The notes beneath the pieces are model-generated. The model saw only the letters and a list, made by a program, of their open reading frames with translations, was not told the DNA's origin and searched no databases. Below, in pieces: positions 41,206 to 52,273 of a DNA stretch of 64,000 bases (the stretch's first letter is position 1; each line of letters opens with the position of its first letter). The DNA lies in NCBI GenBank assembly GCA_038887515.1, contig JAWAKK010000002.1:160001-224000 (forward strand), given 5' to 3'. The position numbers were made by a program, and so were the translations under genes. Origin of the DNA: Candidatus Nezhaarchaeales archaeon. GTDB taxonomy: Archaea; Thermoproteota; Methanomethylicia; Nezhaarchaeales; WYZ-LMO8.

Positions 41206-42033
41206 ATGTACTACGTCAAGTGCATTTTGAAGGAGAAGAAGGAGGAGGCTAAGCACATTTTCTCTCATACGGTCTACTTCAACGACAAAAGAATTGTCAC
41301 GAAGCTAAAACCAGGACGTTTTGTAATGGTATGGCTTCCAGGGATAGATGAATTCCCCATTTCTCCATCAGGCTATAGTCTAGAACCTCTAACTATGAAG
41401 CTCACGTTTAAGGTTAGGGGTCCTGGGACCGAGGCTCTAGCATCATTAAGACCGGGGGACGTCTTTTTCTTAAGGGGACCTTATGGCAACGGATTTACAG
41501 TACCCAATGAAGTGACTCTAAAGACCAGCAATACCGTACTTATAGTTGGTGGAGGGGTTGGCTTAGCACCACTAATGCCATTGATTGAAAGCCTAATTAG
41601 TAGCTCTCTGAAAATACACGTTGTCTGCGGGTTCAAGAACTCTGGCGAGGCTTTCTTTATTAAAGAGCTATCGAGTCTCTTGGGAGAGGATCTAACTATA
41701 GCGACCGACGATGGAAGCATCGGCTTAAAGGGGACTGCCGTAGATGCCGTTAAGGAACTGCTCAAGTTGAAGCACTTCTCTTACGCTTTCGCCTGTGGTC
41801 CTGAAGCGATGCTTTTTAAGCTTCACTCCATGCTCTTAAGCAATGGGATACCGCATCAGATGCTCATTGAGAGGTACGTTAAATGTGCTTTAGGCGTATG
41901 TGGCTCGTGCGCCGTGGACGGGATACTATTGTGTAAAGAAGGGCCCGTCTTCAACGATGTTGTTTTGAAAAGCTTAAAAGAATTCGGCCAATTCAAGCGC
42001 CTCGCTTCAGGCGTTAGAGAACCAGTAGCTTAG
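41206..42033 (+). CDS. pyrK: Dihydroorotate dehydrogenase electron transfer subunit
   Basis: RGPYGNGF, GGGVG, CGP and CALGVCGSC...C.EGPVF. Confidence 0.93.
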   Translation: MYYVKCILKEKKEEAKHIFSHTVYFNDKRIVTKLKPGRFVMVWLPGIDEFPISPSGYSLEPLTMKLTFKVRGPGTEALASLRPGDVFFLRGPYGNGFTVPNEVTLKTSNTVLIVGGGVGLAPLMPLIESLISSSLKIHVVCGFKNSGEAFFIKELSSLLGEDLTIATDDGSIGLKGTAVDAVKELLKLKHFSYAFACGPEAMLFKLHSMLLSNGIPHQMLIERYVKCALGVCGSCAVDGILLCKEGPVFNDVVLKSLKEFGQFKRLASGVREPVA

Positions 42034-42098
42034 CTTTTTAACCAGTACGTTTATATTGAAGGTTATCTCTATCATCTAGTAAAAAATGGTGATTAAAA

Positions 42099-42263
42099 AT
42101 GCCCTCGCACGGTTCATTAACAAAAGCCGGGAAGGTAAGGTCTCAAACCCCTAAGATCCCTCCCAAGCCTAAGAGGAACCCAGTCCCTCGCGTTAGAAAT
42201 CATAAAGAATACGTGAGAAGGTTTTTAGCTGCACCAAAACAGAAGACTCCATCCACTCAGTAG
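42099..42263 (+). CDS. rps30e: 30S ribosomal protein S30e (absent from the ORF track, 54 aa)
   Basis: [34 protein letters not shown]; GGTGA SD upstream. Confidence 0.95.
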   Translation: MPSHGSLTKAGKVRSQTPKIPPKPKRNPVPRVRNHKEYVRRFLAAPKQKTPSTQ

Positions 42264-42396
42264 ACCTTTAGTTTTTATTATGCGTTCTCTCACATTAAAT
42301 CGTTAAGAGTAAGAGCTTTTACCGAAAGTAGTTATTTAGACTTATTATCCTCTAGCAACTTGTCTTCTTATGACAGCTAGGAGAAAACGATTGGTG

Positions 42397-43713
42397 ATGT
42401 TGTTGTCGGAAGGAGCGCTTGACGTTCCTCGACCTTTAAAGTCACTAAATGTAGAACCTTATGATAGGGTTCGAATAATTAGGGGACACGTAACGTATGA
42501 AGGGCTACTGATGCCCAAGATAGAGGTGCTAGGCGACGATTACGTAATAATAAAGATGGACAACGGCTACAACATAGGCTTTAAGCTTTCCGACGTAAAG
42601 GTCGAAGTTGTATCGAAAAGGCACAACCTTCGAGCTGAAGGTAAAGCATCTTTAGCTTTAAAAGCAGGGTTGCCAATGGTTACAGTCATAGGCACCGGAG
42701 GTACCATTGCATGCAAGGTGGAGTATAAAACTGGTGCGGTGTACCCATCGCTCTCGGCCGAGGATCTCTATGAGGCTATACCCGAACTAAGCGAAATAGC
42801 TGCGATTTCAACACGTACTATCCTAAACATCTTCAGCGAGGATATGAGACCTGAGTACTGGTCCATGATAGCTAGAGCTGTGGCTGAAGAAGTGACGAAA
42901 GATCATGTAAAGGGTATTGTGGTAGCCCACGGCACCGACACCATGGGGTACACAGCGGCTGCGCTTAGCTTTGCAATTCAACAAGCGCCTCTACCCATAG
43001 TCCTTGTAGGTGCTCAAAGATCGTCGGATAGGCCGTCAAGCGATGCGGCCTTAAACATGCTAGGCGCCACACTGATAGCAGCTTATGCACCTTTCGCCGA
43101 AGTGGTTGTGGTCATGCATGAAAGCATAAGTGATGACAGCTTAATAGCTATAAGAGGTACGAAAGCCAGGAAATGCCATACAAGCCGTAGGGATGCATTT
43201 AAGCCGGTTAATGATACACCTATTGCTAGGATAACAAGTGATAGGAAGATCATAATCCTAGCCAAGGACTTGAGACCTCGTAGCGAGGACAGGAGCAGCG
43301 TCAAGGTCTATCCAGACTTTGACGATAGGGTTGCTCTGATAAAGGTTTACCCAGGAATACCTCCAGAAGCGTTAGAGTGGCCTCTTCACGTTGGTTATAG
43401 AGGGGTCGTGATAGAAGGTACCGGGTTAGGGCATGCGCCAAGCTACGTCTTCTCGTCGATTAAGAAGCTGATAGATAACGGTGTAGTAGTTGCTATGACT
43501 TCGCAGTGTTTATGGGGGAGGGTCAACATGAACGTCTATAGGACAGGCGTCGAGCTCTTAAGGATTGGAGTAATACCTTGCGAAGACATGTTGCCGGAGA
43601 CCGCCCTTGTAAAGTTGATGTGGTGTTTGGCTAACGCTAGAGATGAGGACGAAGTCAAGGAGTTGATGTTAACTAACATAGCCGGAGAGATGAAGTCAAG
43701 AACCGAGCGCTGA
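42397..43713 (+). CDS. gatD: Glu-tRNA(Gln) amidotransferase subunit D
   Basis: GTGGTIA, HGTDTM and GAQRSSDRPSSD. Confidence 0.95.
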   Translation: MLLSEGALDVPRPLKSLNVEPYDRVRIIRGHVTYEGLLMPKIEVLGDDYVIIKMDNGYNIGFKLSDVKVEVVSKRHNLRAEGKASLALKAGLPMVTVIGTGGTIACKVEYKTGAVYPSLSAEDLYEAIPELSEIAAISTRTILNIFSEDMRPEYWSMIARAVAEEVTKDHVKGIVVAHGTDTMGYTAAALSFAIQQAPLPIVLVGAQRSSDRPSSDAALNMLGATLIAAYAPFAEVVVVMHESISDDSLIAIRGTKARKCHTSRRDAFKPVNDTPIARITSDRKIIILAKDLRPRSEDRSSVKVYPDFDDRVALIKVYPGIPPEALEWPLHVGYRGVVIEGTGLGHAPSYVFSSIKKLIDNGVVVAMTSQCLWGRVNMNVYRTGVELLRIGVIPCEDMLPETALVKLMWCLANARDEDEVKELMLTNIAGEMKSRTER

Positions 43714-43724
43714 GGCGATCTACG

Positions 43725-45647
43725 TTGGGCATGTATGAAGAACTGGGCTTGAAGGTCGGCCTCGAGTTGCATCAACAACTCAACACTAAGTCAAAGCTTT
43801 TCTGTTCTTGTCCCACCATCCTTAGGGAGGATGAACCAGACATCGTCTTTGTCAGGTACCTTCGTCCAGCTCGTAGTGAGCTCGGAACCATCGATGAAGC
43901 AGCCCTCCTAGAATTCGAGAAGGGTAAGTTGTACGTGTATCAGGCCTACTCAGACACTACTTGTCTCGTTGAAATGGATGAAGAGCCTCCTCATGCGTTG
44001 AACGACGAAGCTTTAGACATAGCCTTGCAGATAGCTCTCATGCTTAAAGCGCAGATACCCGACGTCATCCAAGTTATGAGGAAGGTTGTAATCGACGGCT
44101 CCAATACCACGGGTTTTCAGAGAACGGCTATAATAGCCATCGGTAGTCCTGAGAGTATCATAGAAGACCTCGAAGGCCCGGTCCACATACAAACGATATG
44201 CCTAGAAGAAGATGCAGCGCGCAAGATTTCTGAAAGCGAGGACAAGGTAGTCTTTAGACTTGATAGGTTAGGTATACCCCTCATAGAGGTATCGACGGCC
44301 CCCGAGATAAGGACGCCAGAACAGGCTCAAAGAGTAGCCTTGAAGATAGGCCAGCTCTTCCGGATACTTGGAAAAGTGAAGCGAGGGCTAGGGACCATTA
44401 GACAAGATGTAAACGTTTCGCTGGAAAAGGGAGGGAAAGTCGAGATCAAAGGAGTTCAAGACTTAGAGCTTATATCAAAGGTCGTTGAACTAGAAGTTCA
44501 AAGGCAACTTAAACTTCTAGAGATAAGAGATGAGCTTAGAAGACGAGGCGTAATGGAAGTAAATGGCGAGGTAATTGATGTGACTGACGTATTTCAGCAC
44601 ACTCAGAGCAAGATAATCTTGGAAGGAATTCGAAAGGGTCATAGGGTCATGGCCATAAAGCTCGAAGGCTTTTCGGGCCTACTGCGGCAAGAGCTTCAGC
44701 CTGGCAGGAGGTTTGGGACGGAGCTAAAGGACTACGCTGTCGTGTGGGGAGGCGTTAAGGGCATCTTCCATACAGATGAAATGCCGGCTTATGGGTTTAC
44801 TGATGCGGAGGTCGGAGAGCTCAAGAAGAAGCTTAATTGTGGTCCGAGCGACGCAATAGTCTTCGTTGTCGATGAAGAAGAGAAGGCTCTGAAAGCCCTT
44901 CAAGCAGTCATGAGACGATGTAGAGAAGCGTTGAAAGGAGTTCCCGACGAGACTAGGGCCGCTAACCCTGATGGAACTACGCGCTACATGAGGCCAAGAC
45001 CCGGGGCTTCTAGGATGTACCCTGAGACCGACGTTAGGCCAGTCGTAGTGACTAAGGATAGACTCGATAGACTTTCGAAGCTATTGCCGGAGATGCCCGA
45101 GCAAAAGCTCAAGAGGTTTATTGAAGAGTACGGGTTAAGTAAGGACTTGGCCCTCTTAATGATAAACTCGTACCGCTTAGACGTTTTCGAAAAGATTGTT
45201 TCGACCGTGCCTGAAGTCAGTCCAACCATAGTTGCCACGACACTCGAATATACTTGGAAGAGCTTAAAGAGGGAAGGTATCCCCTTGGATAGGGTTGACG
45301 AGCATAAACTTGTAGAGATGTTTAAAGCCGTTGGGCAGGGAGTTATAGCTAAAGAAGCGATACCGGAGATACTTAAACGCATGGCCGAAAACCCTGACTT
45401 ACCGCTTACAAAGTTGATAGAACAATTAGGCCTTAAGATTGCTTCGCTAAGTGAAATCCGTAGTCTCGTGGATCGCATAATAGAAGAGAACATTGAGCTT
45501 ATCGAGAGCAAGGGCGAAAAGTCCTTTAGCGTTATAATGGGTAGAGCTATGTCCGTCCTTAGGGGAAGAGCCGATGGAAAGCTTGTGAGCGATATAGTCA
45601 AAGAAAGGATAACTCACTTCATGAGATCGAGAGCTGGTGGAAAGTGA
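43725..45647 (+). CDS. gatE: Glu-tRNA(Gln) amidotransferase subunit E
   Basis: GLELHQQL, DGSNTTGFQRT and PGASRMYPETD. Confidence 0.96.
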   Translation: MGMYEELGLKVGLELHQQLNTKSKLFCSCPTILREDEPDIVFVRYLRPARSELGTIDEAALLEFEKGKLYVYQAYSDTTCLVEMDEEPPHALNDEALDIALQIALMLKAQIPDVIQVMRKVVIDGSNTTGFQRTAIIAIGSPESIIEDLEGPVHIQTICLEEDAARKISESEDKVVFRLDRLGIPLIEVSTAPEIRTPEQAQRVALKIGQLFRILGKVKRGLGTIRQDVNVSLEKGGKVEIKGVQDLELISKVVELEVQRQLKLLEIRDELRRRGVMEVNGEVIDVTDVFQHTQSKIILEGIRKGHRVMAIKLEGFSGLLRQELQPGRRFGTELKDYAVVWGGVKGIFHTDEMPAYGFTDAEVGELKKKLNCGPSDAIVFVVDEEEKALKALQAVMRRCREALKGVPDETRAANPDGTTRYMRPRPGASRMYPETDVRPVVVTKDRLDRLSKLLPEMPEQKLKRFIEEYGLSKDLALLMINSYRLDVFEKIVSTVPEVSPTIVATTLEYTWKSLKREGIPLDRVDEHKLVEMFKAVGQGVIAKEAIPEILKRMAENPDLPLTKLIEQLGLKIASLSEIRSLVDRIIEENIELIESKGEKSFSVIMGRAMSVLRGRADGKLVSDIVKERITHFMRSRAGGK

Positions 45648-46324
45648 AGGTAGCTTGCTTGTGGAGTGGAGGCAAGGACAGTGCGTACGCATGCTACCTA
45701 GCTTCTAAAATGGGCTTTAAAGTAGAGAGGATTGTTACCTTTCACCCTCAAGACCCCGAATCAATGCTTTTCCACGTACCGAACGTTGAGTGGACGACAT
45801 TGCAGGCCAAGTCAATTAATATACCTCAAGACCTTGTGCATGTTCCGAAGGGTCTTGAACTCGAGGTTCTAAGTCAAACACTTCTACAGTTAAAGGAGGA
45901 GCATGGAGTTGAAGGCCTGGTCGCGGGCGTAATAGCTAGCAATTATCAGAGAAAAACGCTTGAAGAGGCTTGCAATAAGGCTAAGCTACAGCTCGTAACT
46001 CCATTGTGGGGGCACGATCCTTTTGAGATAGTTTACCGCACAATCCATGAAAATTTCCATTCAATAATAGTTGGGGTCTATGCTGAAGGCTTAACGCGAC
46101 AGTGGCTTGGCAAAGAGATAGATCATGATTTTTTGGATTATATAAGAAAGATCTCGCATCTTTGGAAAGTCCATCCATGCGGAGAGGGGGGTGAGTACGA
46201 AACATTTGTGGTCGATGCTCCCTTCTTCACCAAGAGGATAAGGGTAGTGGAAGGTAAGATTACTTGGCATAGGAATTGGGGGGAATTAATAATCTTAAGG
46301 GCTGAGCTCGTCGAGAAATGGTGA
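45644..46324 (+). CDS. dph6: Diphthine-ammonia ligase (Dph6)
   Basis: SGGKDS PP-loop and GEGGEYET. Confidence 0.88.
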   Translation: MKVACLWSGGKDSAYACYLASKMGFKVERIVTFHPQDPESMLFHVPNVEWTTLQAKSINIPQDLVHVPKGLELEVLSQTLLQLKEEHGVEGLVAGVIASNYQRKTLEEACNKAKLQLVTPLWGHDPFEIVYRTIHENFHSIIVGVYAEGLTRQWLGKEIDHDFLDYIRKISHLWKVHPCGEGGEYETFVVDAPFFTKRIRVVEGKITWHRNWGELIILRAELVEKW

Positions 46325-46330
46325 GAACCA

Positions 46331-47203
46331 ATGGCAGTCGTAGCTTCACTCATGAAGGCACTAAAACCACATGATTATAGGATCCTACAGACGATGGAGA
46401 GACTCCATCTTAGGTACGAATACATTCCCGTCGACATTTTAGCAAGACAATTAAGGAGACCAATAGACTCCCTTTTAGAGGACCTTAGCAGGCTTCACGG
46501 GCTTGGCTTCCTGGGTCGAAGAAAGCAAGATTATTTAGGGTACTCATTAAGGCAGTATGGACGCGATGCGCTAGCTCTTAAGTATTTTGTGGACAGAGGG
46601 GTCCTCGATGCTGTAGGCATAAAGCTCGGCGTTGGTAAGGAAGCTGACGTTTACGATGGTTTATCGCCCTCTGGGTATAGGGTGGCCATAAAGTTTCATA
46701 GGGTTGGGAGATCGAGCTTCAAGCAAACCAAGAGACTTAGGGCTTACGGTGACTCCTCTTCGTGGTATAGGCAGTCTTGTACTGCTGCGAAGAGAGAGTA
46801 CGAGGCCCTCGAAACGCTTTATTCTCTAAATGTTAAGGTACCTAAGCCAATAGCTTACAATAGGCACGCAATCGTGATGGATATAATAATTGGAGACCCA
46901 CTATACGTAGTCACTGACTTACCAGATCCTCAGCAAGTATTCTCGGAGATAATTGAAAATGTAAAGAAGGCCTACCAAGAAGCGTCAATAATACACGCCG
47001 ACTTAAGCGAATTTAACGTAGTTGTGAAGCCAGACTTCGACGTCCTCTTAATAGATTGGCCGCAGTGGATCCCTAGGAATCACCCTAGGGGTTTCGAGTA
47101 CTTAAAGCGCGATGTGACCAACCTGTCGCGCTTCTTTAGTAGGAGGTTCGGCCTAAGTATAGACGTCGATGAAGTGCTAAAGGATATTAGGGGACTCTCT
47201 TAA
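46331..47203 (+). CDS. rio2: RIO2-type Ser/Thr kinase
   Basis: N-terminal wHTH, GVGKEA, HADLSEFN and IDWPQ. Confidence 0.92.
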   Translation: MAVVASLMKALKPHDYRILQTMERLHLRYEYIPVDILARQLRRPIDSLLEDLSRLHGLGFLGRRKQDYLGYSLRQYGRDALALKYFVDRGVLDAVGIKLGVGKEADVYDGLSPSGYRVAIKFHRVGRSSFKQTKRLRAYGDSSSWYRQSCTAAKREYEALETLYSLNVKVPKPIAYNRHAIVMDIIIGDPLYVVTDLPDPQQVFSEIIENVKKAYQEASIIHADLSEFNVVVKPDFDVLLIDWPQWIPRNHPRGFEYLKRDVTNLSRFFSRRFGLSIDVDEVLKDIRGLS

Positions 47204-47263
47204 TTTTATCCTGCTGTAGCTGGGCACTAAGCATTAACCACTTATTATGAGGTAGAGCCCTTC

Positions 47264-49342
47264 TTGGCCCTTAAAGGGACGCAAGACAGGCAACGCACGA
47301 TAATGGGCTTAGACCTAGTTCCATCGCCGCATCACATGCAAGAATATGCTCTGGTCGTAATAAACGAGAGAGGCGCAGTAATAGATCGTAGGGAGAACGT
47401 AGACTGGGACTCTATCTACCGCCTCCTCAGGAAGTATCGAGTAGATACTTTGGCTATAGATAACGTTTACGAAATAGGCGAGACCATAAACGACGTCAAA
47501 AAGCGTCTAGGTAAGGTTATAGATAAGGTAAGGCTTGTAGAAGTAACCAAGGTCGGTGAACAGCACGTAAAGCTGACGGAACTAGCATTTAAAGAAGGGC
47601 TACTTAGCGAGAAGGTATCCCACCTGTCACCTCTACAGGCAGCTGAAGTATCGGCCCTCCTGGCTTTAAGAGGCGTAGGGACGACAATTATTGAGCCTTC
47701 AAACCTCAGAACTGTTGTGCTCATCTCCAGAGGGAGAAGTCCGGGCTCTGGAGGTATGAGCCAAGGTAGGTATGGTCGATCACAACGTTCGGCTATTAGG
47801 CAAGTGACCAACCTAATCCTCGACGAATTGAGGAAGCGCGTTGACGTCAATGATATAGATTGTTACGTTCAAAAGTCCAAATACGGCCTCGAAAGGAGCG
47901 TTTTCGTTGTTAGCTTGCCTCCATCGAAGGTTAAAAGGCTGTTAAAGCCTTTTAGGGAACTAATAAAGAAAAGCGGCGTCAACTTAAGGATAGTAACGAA
48001 GATCTCAACTTTCGACGAAAGATGTATAGAGGATAAACACTACGAAGAGAGACCCCTAATTGTTGGGCTGGATCCTGGAATAGTTGCAGGGATAGCAGTA
48101 ATGGATCTAAACGGCAACCTATTATTCGTAGATAGCGGCTTGGCGCTCGATAGGATGTCTATAGTAAGGATGGCAACAAGGTTTGGAAACCCCGTCGTCG
48201 TTGCCTCAGATGTGAGGTGCGCACCAATGATCGTAGAGAAGGTTGCCTCGATACTAGGTTGCCTCGTCTTTACACCGCCAAGAGACCTTAGCGTCGAGGA
48301 AAAGAGGCGCATGATACAGGAGCACATAGCCAACTTCAAAGAAATCATCAAGAACTCACATCAAAGAGATGCTGTAGCAGCAGCTTTAAAAGCGTACTTT
48401 AACTTCAAGAACAAGTTTATGCAACTTGAAGCTAAGGCGAGAGAGCTAAACCTATCTCGCCTTCAAATAGAGAGGGCGAAGGCCCTCGTCATAAGGGGTT
48501 TGACGATAAAGGAAGTCATAGAAAAGGCCTCGTCGGACCATAAGATTGAGAAGAGCCACCCTGCCTTTCACGTAGACCCTGAAGTTCAGAAACTAAAGCA
48601 AGAACTTTCAAGGCTTAGAGATAAAGTCGAAGAACAGAATAGAGTGATAAGAGAGCTTGAAGAATCTCGTCTAAGGCTACTTCAACAGTTAAAGGAGAAG
48701 GAGACGAAGATAGCAGAGCTTGAAGAATCGCTTATGAAAGCTTCGGTCAAGGCGCAACCGACGTCACAAGAAGATAGTGCTCTAATGAGGAGGCTCGAAA
48801 TGTCCATGAAGACTATAAGCGAGCTGAAAACTAAAGTGGAGAGCTTAGAGTTGTCTATTGAAAGGCTAAAGAACTTTTTAATGGAAGCTGTAAGAGGGGA
48901 CGTCCTGATAATTAAAGAGGTCCGCTCTCTAACTAAGAGGTCTATAGAGGAAGCCGTGAGATACGGGGCGTTGGGTAAGGAGGAGGTGATACTGGTAAAC
49001 GATCCGAGCTCTTCGAACGCTGAAGGCCTTCTCCATCTATTGAAGGTTAAGCCGAAGGCAATAATAACGTCTGTAGAAAAGGTGCCTGAGGAAGTTCGCC
49101 TTCTATTGAAGGAGAACTGTATCCCTTTAGTAGATGTAGAGGAAGTTAAAGTAGAAAGGATATTAGACTTCCTCTACGTACCTTCATCGGTCAAAGAATT
49201 GATAGAGAGTAAGAAGAAAGTCTTAATGATAGAAAGGGATAAGAACTTGAGAGAGAAACTTAAGGAGATATTGCAGAAGTACCGAGAAGAGAGAGTTAGA
49301 GAGCTTGAGGGAAGAACCGCTGGGTCAACGTCAAAGATCTAA
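47264..49342 (+). CDS. DUF460 RNase H-like/coiled-coil protein
   Basis: SRGRSPGSGGMSQ, IVGLDPG, HQRDA and a long coiled coil. Confidence 0.85.
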   Translation: MALKGTQDRQRTIMGLDLVPSPHHMQEYALVVINERGAVIDRRENVDWDSIYRLLRKYRVDTLAIDNVYEIGETINDVKKRLGKVIDKVRLVEVTKVGEQHVKLTELAFKEGLLSEKVSHLSPLQAAEVSALLALRGVGTTIIEPSNLRTVVLISRGRSPGSGGMSQGRYGRSQRSAIRQVTNLILDELRKRVDVNDIDCYVQKSKYGLERSVFVVSLPPSKVKRLLKPFRELIKKSGVNLRIVTKISTFDERCIEDKHYEERPLIVGLDPGIVAGIAVMDLNGNLLFVDSGLALDRMSIVRMATRFGNPVVVASDVRCAPMIVEKVASILGCLVFTPPRDLSVEEKRRMIQEHIANFKEIIKNSHQRDAVAAALKAYFNFKNKFMQLEAKARELNLSRLQIERAKALVIRGLTIKEVIEKASSDHKIEKSHPAFHVDPEVQKLKQELSRLRDKVEEQNRVIRELEESRLRLLQQLKEKETKIAELEESLMKASVKAQPTSQEDSALMRRLEMSMKTISELKTKVESLELSIERLKNFLMEAVRGDVLIIKEVRSLTKRSIEEAVRYGALGKEEVILVNDPSSSNAEGLLHLLKVKPKAIITSVEKVPEEVRLLLKENCIPLVDVEEVKVERILDFLYVPSSVKELIESKKKVLMIERDKNLREKLKEILQKYREERVRELEGRTAGSTSKI

Positions 49343-50554
49343 TGGCGCTTTTAATAGCCAGTCCCGTACATTAACTATGTTATTAAGCTCTGCTTCAACT
49401 ATACTCTCGACTTCGTACTTTATGGACTCTACTCGCAGTCCCTCCTGGGGTATGACCTTAACGTTTACTATTAGAGGCTTATCGATCGGATACCCTATAC
49501 GGCTCAACATGTAGACGTAGACTTCCTTGATTCTCTGCGTCTCTTCGTAAATCCTCTTCGCTATATTAGTAGAAACTACGTTGTATATCTTGCCGACGTG
49601 GCTGACGGGGTTCTTGCCTGCAACTGCTTCTAGGGACATGTACCTGTTCGGGGTTATGAGACCATTAGCCCTATTCCCCCTACCAGTATTACCGTCATCT
49701 CCGGCTTCTGCTGACGTCCCTGTAACGGTCAGGTACACTAGCCCCACTTCAGGTTTATCTGCGGTGTTCACTTTCACATCCACTTCAACGTCGTACTTAG
49801 ACGCTATCTTCAATACATCCTCCCTAACCTCTTCTTTGATATTCAAGTACTCGTCGAGTGAGTTTATGTAGGAACTTACCATTGCGCAGGCTATAGTTAA
49901 GTAGACTTTTTTACCTCTTCTCAACGCTAGGACCTTTATGTCTTCTCCTACGGCAGGGTTCTTCCTTTTATACTCTTGAGAGTTCAACGTTCTCTCAACT
50001 TCTAATACGAGCCTTTCAGTTTCGCTAAACGGGGCATATCCAACTCCGAAGGAGGTATCGTTTGCTAGGGGCACTTCTTTGCCCAACTCGAAGACCTTAA
50101 CGAGATCGACGGATCCTTGCTTAATCTTGTAATCAAAGATCACGTGGTTATCTGGATCTAAGTGCCTAAACGTTTGCTTAATACAGTCTCTCATGGCTTT
50201 TAGCGCTAGCGAACCTATTGGTACCATGTCCATGGAGCTCTCCCTCATTACGTGGGTCACTGCGCGACCAGCAACTATGACGTATATAGGTTCGCAGAGC
50301 ATTCCACCACCAAATTTTGGAACGGCCCTGCCACCTACGATCAAAGCTTTGTCGACATTGTGATGCAGTATCGTACCATAATTTTCCAAGTAGTATTTGC
50401 ATAGCTCTCGACAGACAGCTTCGGAAATGTTATCTGCTAAGGTGTCTGGGTGCCCTTTACCCTTTCTCTCCACCATTTCTACTTCTTGTTCGTATACAGC
50501 CTTTTGGGCAAGCTCTTCTATGGATATGAAACTCTTACAATACAAGACTACCAC
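49331..50554 (-). CDS. mat: Archaeal S-adenosylmethionine synthetase
   Basis: [16 protein letters not shown] and [13 protein letters not shown]. Confidence 0.95.
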   Translation of the reverse strand: MVVLYCKSFISIEELAQKAVYEQEVEMVERKGKGHPDTLADNISEAVCRELCKYYLENYGTILHHNVDKALIVGGRAVPKFGGGMLCEPIYVIVAGRAVTHVMRESSMDMVPIGSLALKAMRDCIKQTFRHLDPDNHVIFDYKIKQGSVDLVKVFELGKEVPLANDTSFGVGYAPFSETERLVLEVERTLNSQEYKRKNPAVGEDIKVLALRRGKKVYLTIACAMVSSYINSLDEYLNIKEEVREDVLKIASKYDVEVDVKVNTADKPEVGLVYLTVTGTSAEAGDDGNTGRGNRANGLITPNRYMSLEAVAGKNPVSHVGKIYNVVSTNIAKRIYEETQRIKEVYVYMLSRIGYPIDKPLIVNVKVIPQEGLRVESIKYEVESIVEAELNNIVNVRDWLLKAPLDL

Positions 50555-50587
50555 TCGTCCTTTGCTTTAATATCAAACATGCTGCGC

Positions 50588-50818
50588 TTACTCTTTTAGC
50601 TTTACGAATAAGATATTGCTTCCTCTAATTAGCACTTTGCCGTATTTAGCGATGGGCCCCTTCTCTTCGTTTATTTCTTCGGCATCGTTTAGCAGAAGGT
50701 TCATACACTGATCGCACTTCTCAAGAATGCCACGGCAGCTTCTTCCGTCTTTAAGTCTCACTACGATCTCTTCGTTAATTGCCTTCATTAATAACTTCAA
50801 GGGATCGCTTTTAACCAT
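50588..50818 (-). CDS. Sm-like (Lsm/SmAP) protein
   Basis: G.L...D.CMNLLL.DAEE and IRGSNI. Confidence 0.92.
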   Translation of the reverse strand: MVKSDPLKLLMKAINEEIVVRLKDGRSCRGILEKCDQCMNLLLNDAEEINEEKGPIAKYGKVLIRGSNILFVKLKE

Positions 50819-50945
50819 GCCGTCTCACTTCTCCATCATACACTTTACCCGTTTGTGACGTTTACTAAAAAATTTTATTGCTGATAACTCATTATGAGAA
50901 AGATTTTAGTTGCAAAATTCTTCTTCTATCGCAGGTGTAACTTGT

Positions 50946-52271
50946 TTGGTTACAACGGTTGAAGCGGCTAGGAGAGGAGTTATAGTAGAAGAGTTTAAAG
51001 CTGTTGCATTGAAGGAAGACATCGACGTATCTATAGTTGTGAGGGGAGTAGCTAACGGTAGAATCGTGATACCGAGGAACGTAGCTAGGGAAAACGTTGA
51101 TCCGATAGGTATAGGTGAAGGCCTTAGGGCCAAGGTAAACGCTAACATAGGCTCCTCCGTAGATCTATCGAACATAGACATGGAAGTCGAGAAGGCACTG
51201 CTGGCGGTCAGGTATGGGGCGGATACCGTAATGGATCTCTCGACTTCAGATCAAATGGATGAAATACGCAGAGCTATCATAAAAAGCGTTACGGTTCCCG
51301 TAGGCTCGGTCCCGATATATGAAGCTGCACATAGTGCCCTAAAGAAGTATGGCTCCATAGTACACATGACTGTCGACGACGTATTGAAGGCTATAGAGTT
51401 ACACGCAAAGGACGGTGTAGACTTCATGACTATTCACGCGGGCGTTACTAGGGAATCTGTTGAACTATTAAGGAAGCATACGCGAATAGCCGGAATAGTA
51501 AGTAGGGGAGGGGCTATCATAGCTGCCTGGATACTGCACAATGAACGTGAAAACCCTCTACTTGAGTACTACGACTCTGTGCTAGACATGGCTCGAGAGT
51601 ACGACTTCGCAATAAGCCTAGGCGACGGTCTCAGGCCTGGCTGTCAAGCTGATGCTAACGACGTAGCGCAGATGAGCGAGCTACTTACGGTAAGCAAATT
51701 AGTGAAGGAGACGAGGGCGAGAGGCGTACAAGTCATAGTTGAAGGGCCGGGTCACATGCCTTTAAACCAAATAGAGCACCACGTCAAACAAGCAAAAATA
51801 CTAACGAACCACGCACCTCTGTATACTCTAGGCCCCATAGTGACTGACGTGGCTCCGGGCTACGACCACATAACATTAGCTATAGGGGGAGCCTTGGCAG
51901 TAGCTGCAGGAGTAGACTACCTATGTGCAGTCTACCCCTCTGAACACCTCGGAATTCCGTTGCCGGAAGACATAAAACATGGAGTTATAGCGGCCAGAAT
52001 AGCTGCACATGCAGGAGACATAGTTAGGCTAGGAGAGAAAGCCCTTAAGTGGGACCTTGAGATCTCGAAGGCGAGAGCAAGTCTCGATTGGGAAGCTCAG
52101 TTTAAGTTGTCGCTAGACCCCGAGACGGCTATGAAGATTCATAGAAGGGTGCCTTCTAAAAGCCAAGCTTGCTCTGTTTGTGGCGAATACTGTGTGTACC
52201 TCATCCTTTCTAAATTTCTAGGTCGAGAGGCGAAGCAAGTAAGCGATAAGAAACCATGTTGCTATGAGTGA
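50946..52271 (+). CDS. thiC: Phosphomethylpyrimidine synthase
   Basis: KVNANIG, DTVMDLST, SRGG, EGPGH and CSVCGEYC. Confidence 0.92.
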   Translation: MVTTVEAARRGVIVEEFKAVALKEDIDVSIVVRGVANGRIVIPRNVARENVDPIGIGEGLRAKVNANIGSSVDLSNIDMEVEKALLAVRYGADTVMDLSTSDQMDEIRRAIIKSVTVPVGSVPIYEAAHSALKKYGSIVHMTVDDVLKAIELHAKDGVDFMTIHAGVTRESVELLRKHTRIAGIVSRGGAIIAAWILHNERENPLLEYYDSVLDMAREYDFAISLGDGLRPGCQADANDVAQMSELLTVSKLVKETRARGVQVIVEGPGHMPLNQIEHHVKQAKILTNHAPLYTLGPIVTDVAPGYDHITLAIGGALAVAAGVDYLCAVYPSEHLGIPLPEDIKHGVIAARIAAHAGDIVRLGEKALKWDLEISKARASLDWEAQFKLSLDPETAMKIHRRVPSKSQACSVCGEYCVYLILSKFLGREAKQVSDKKPCCYE

Positions 52272-52273
52272 CG

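Noticed and set aside
44984-45601. Long antisense ORFs (this 205 aa one and many Ser/Leu-rich others)
   Set aside because: They mirror well-supported genes on the opposite strand and carry no motifs
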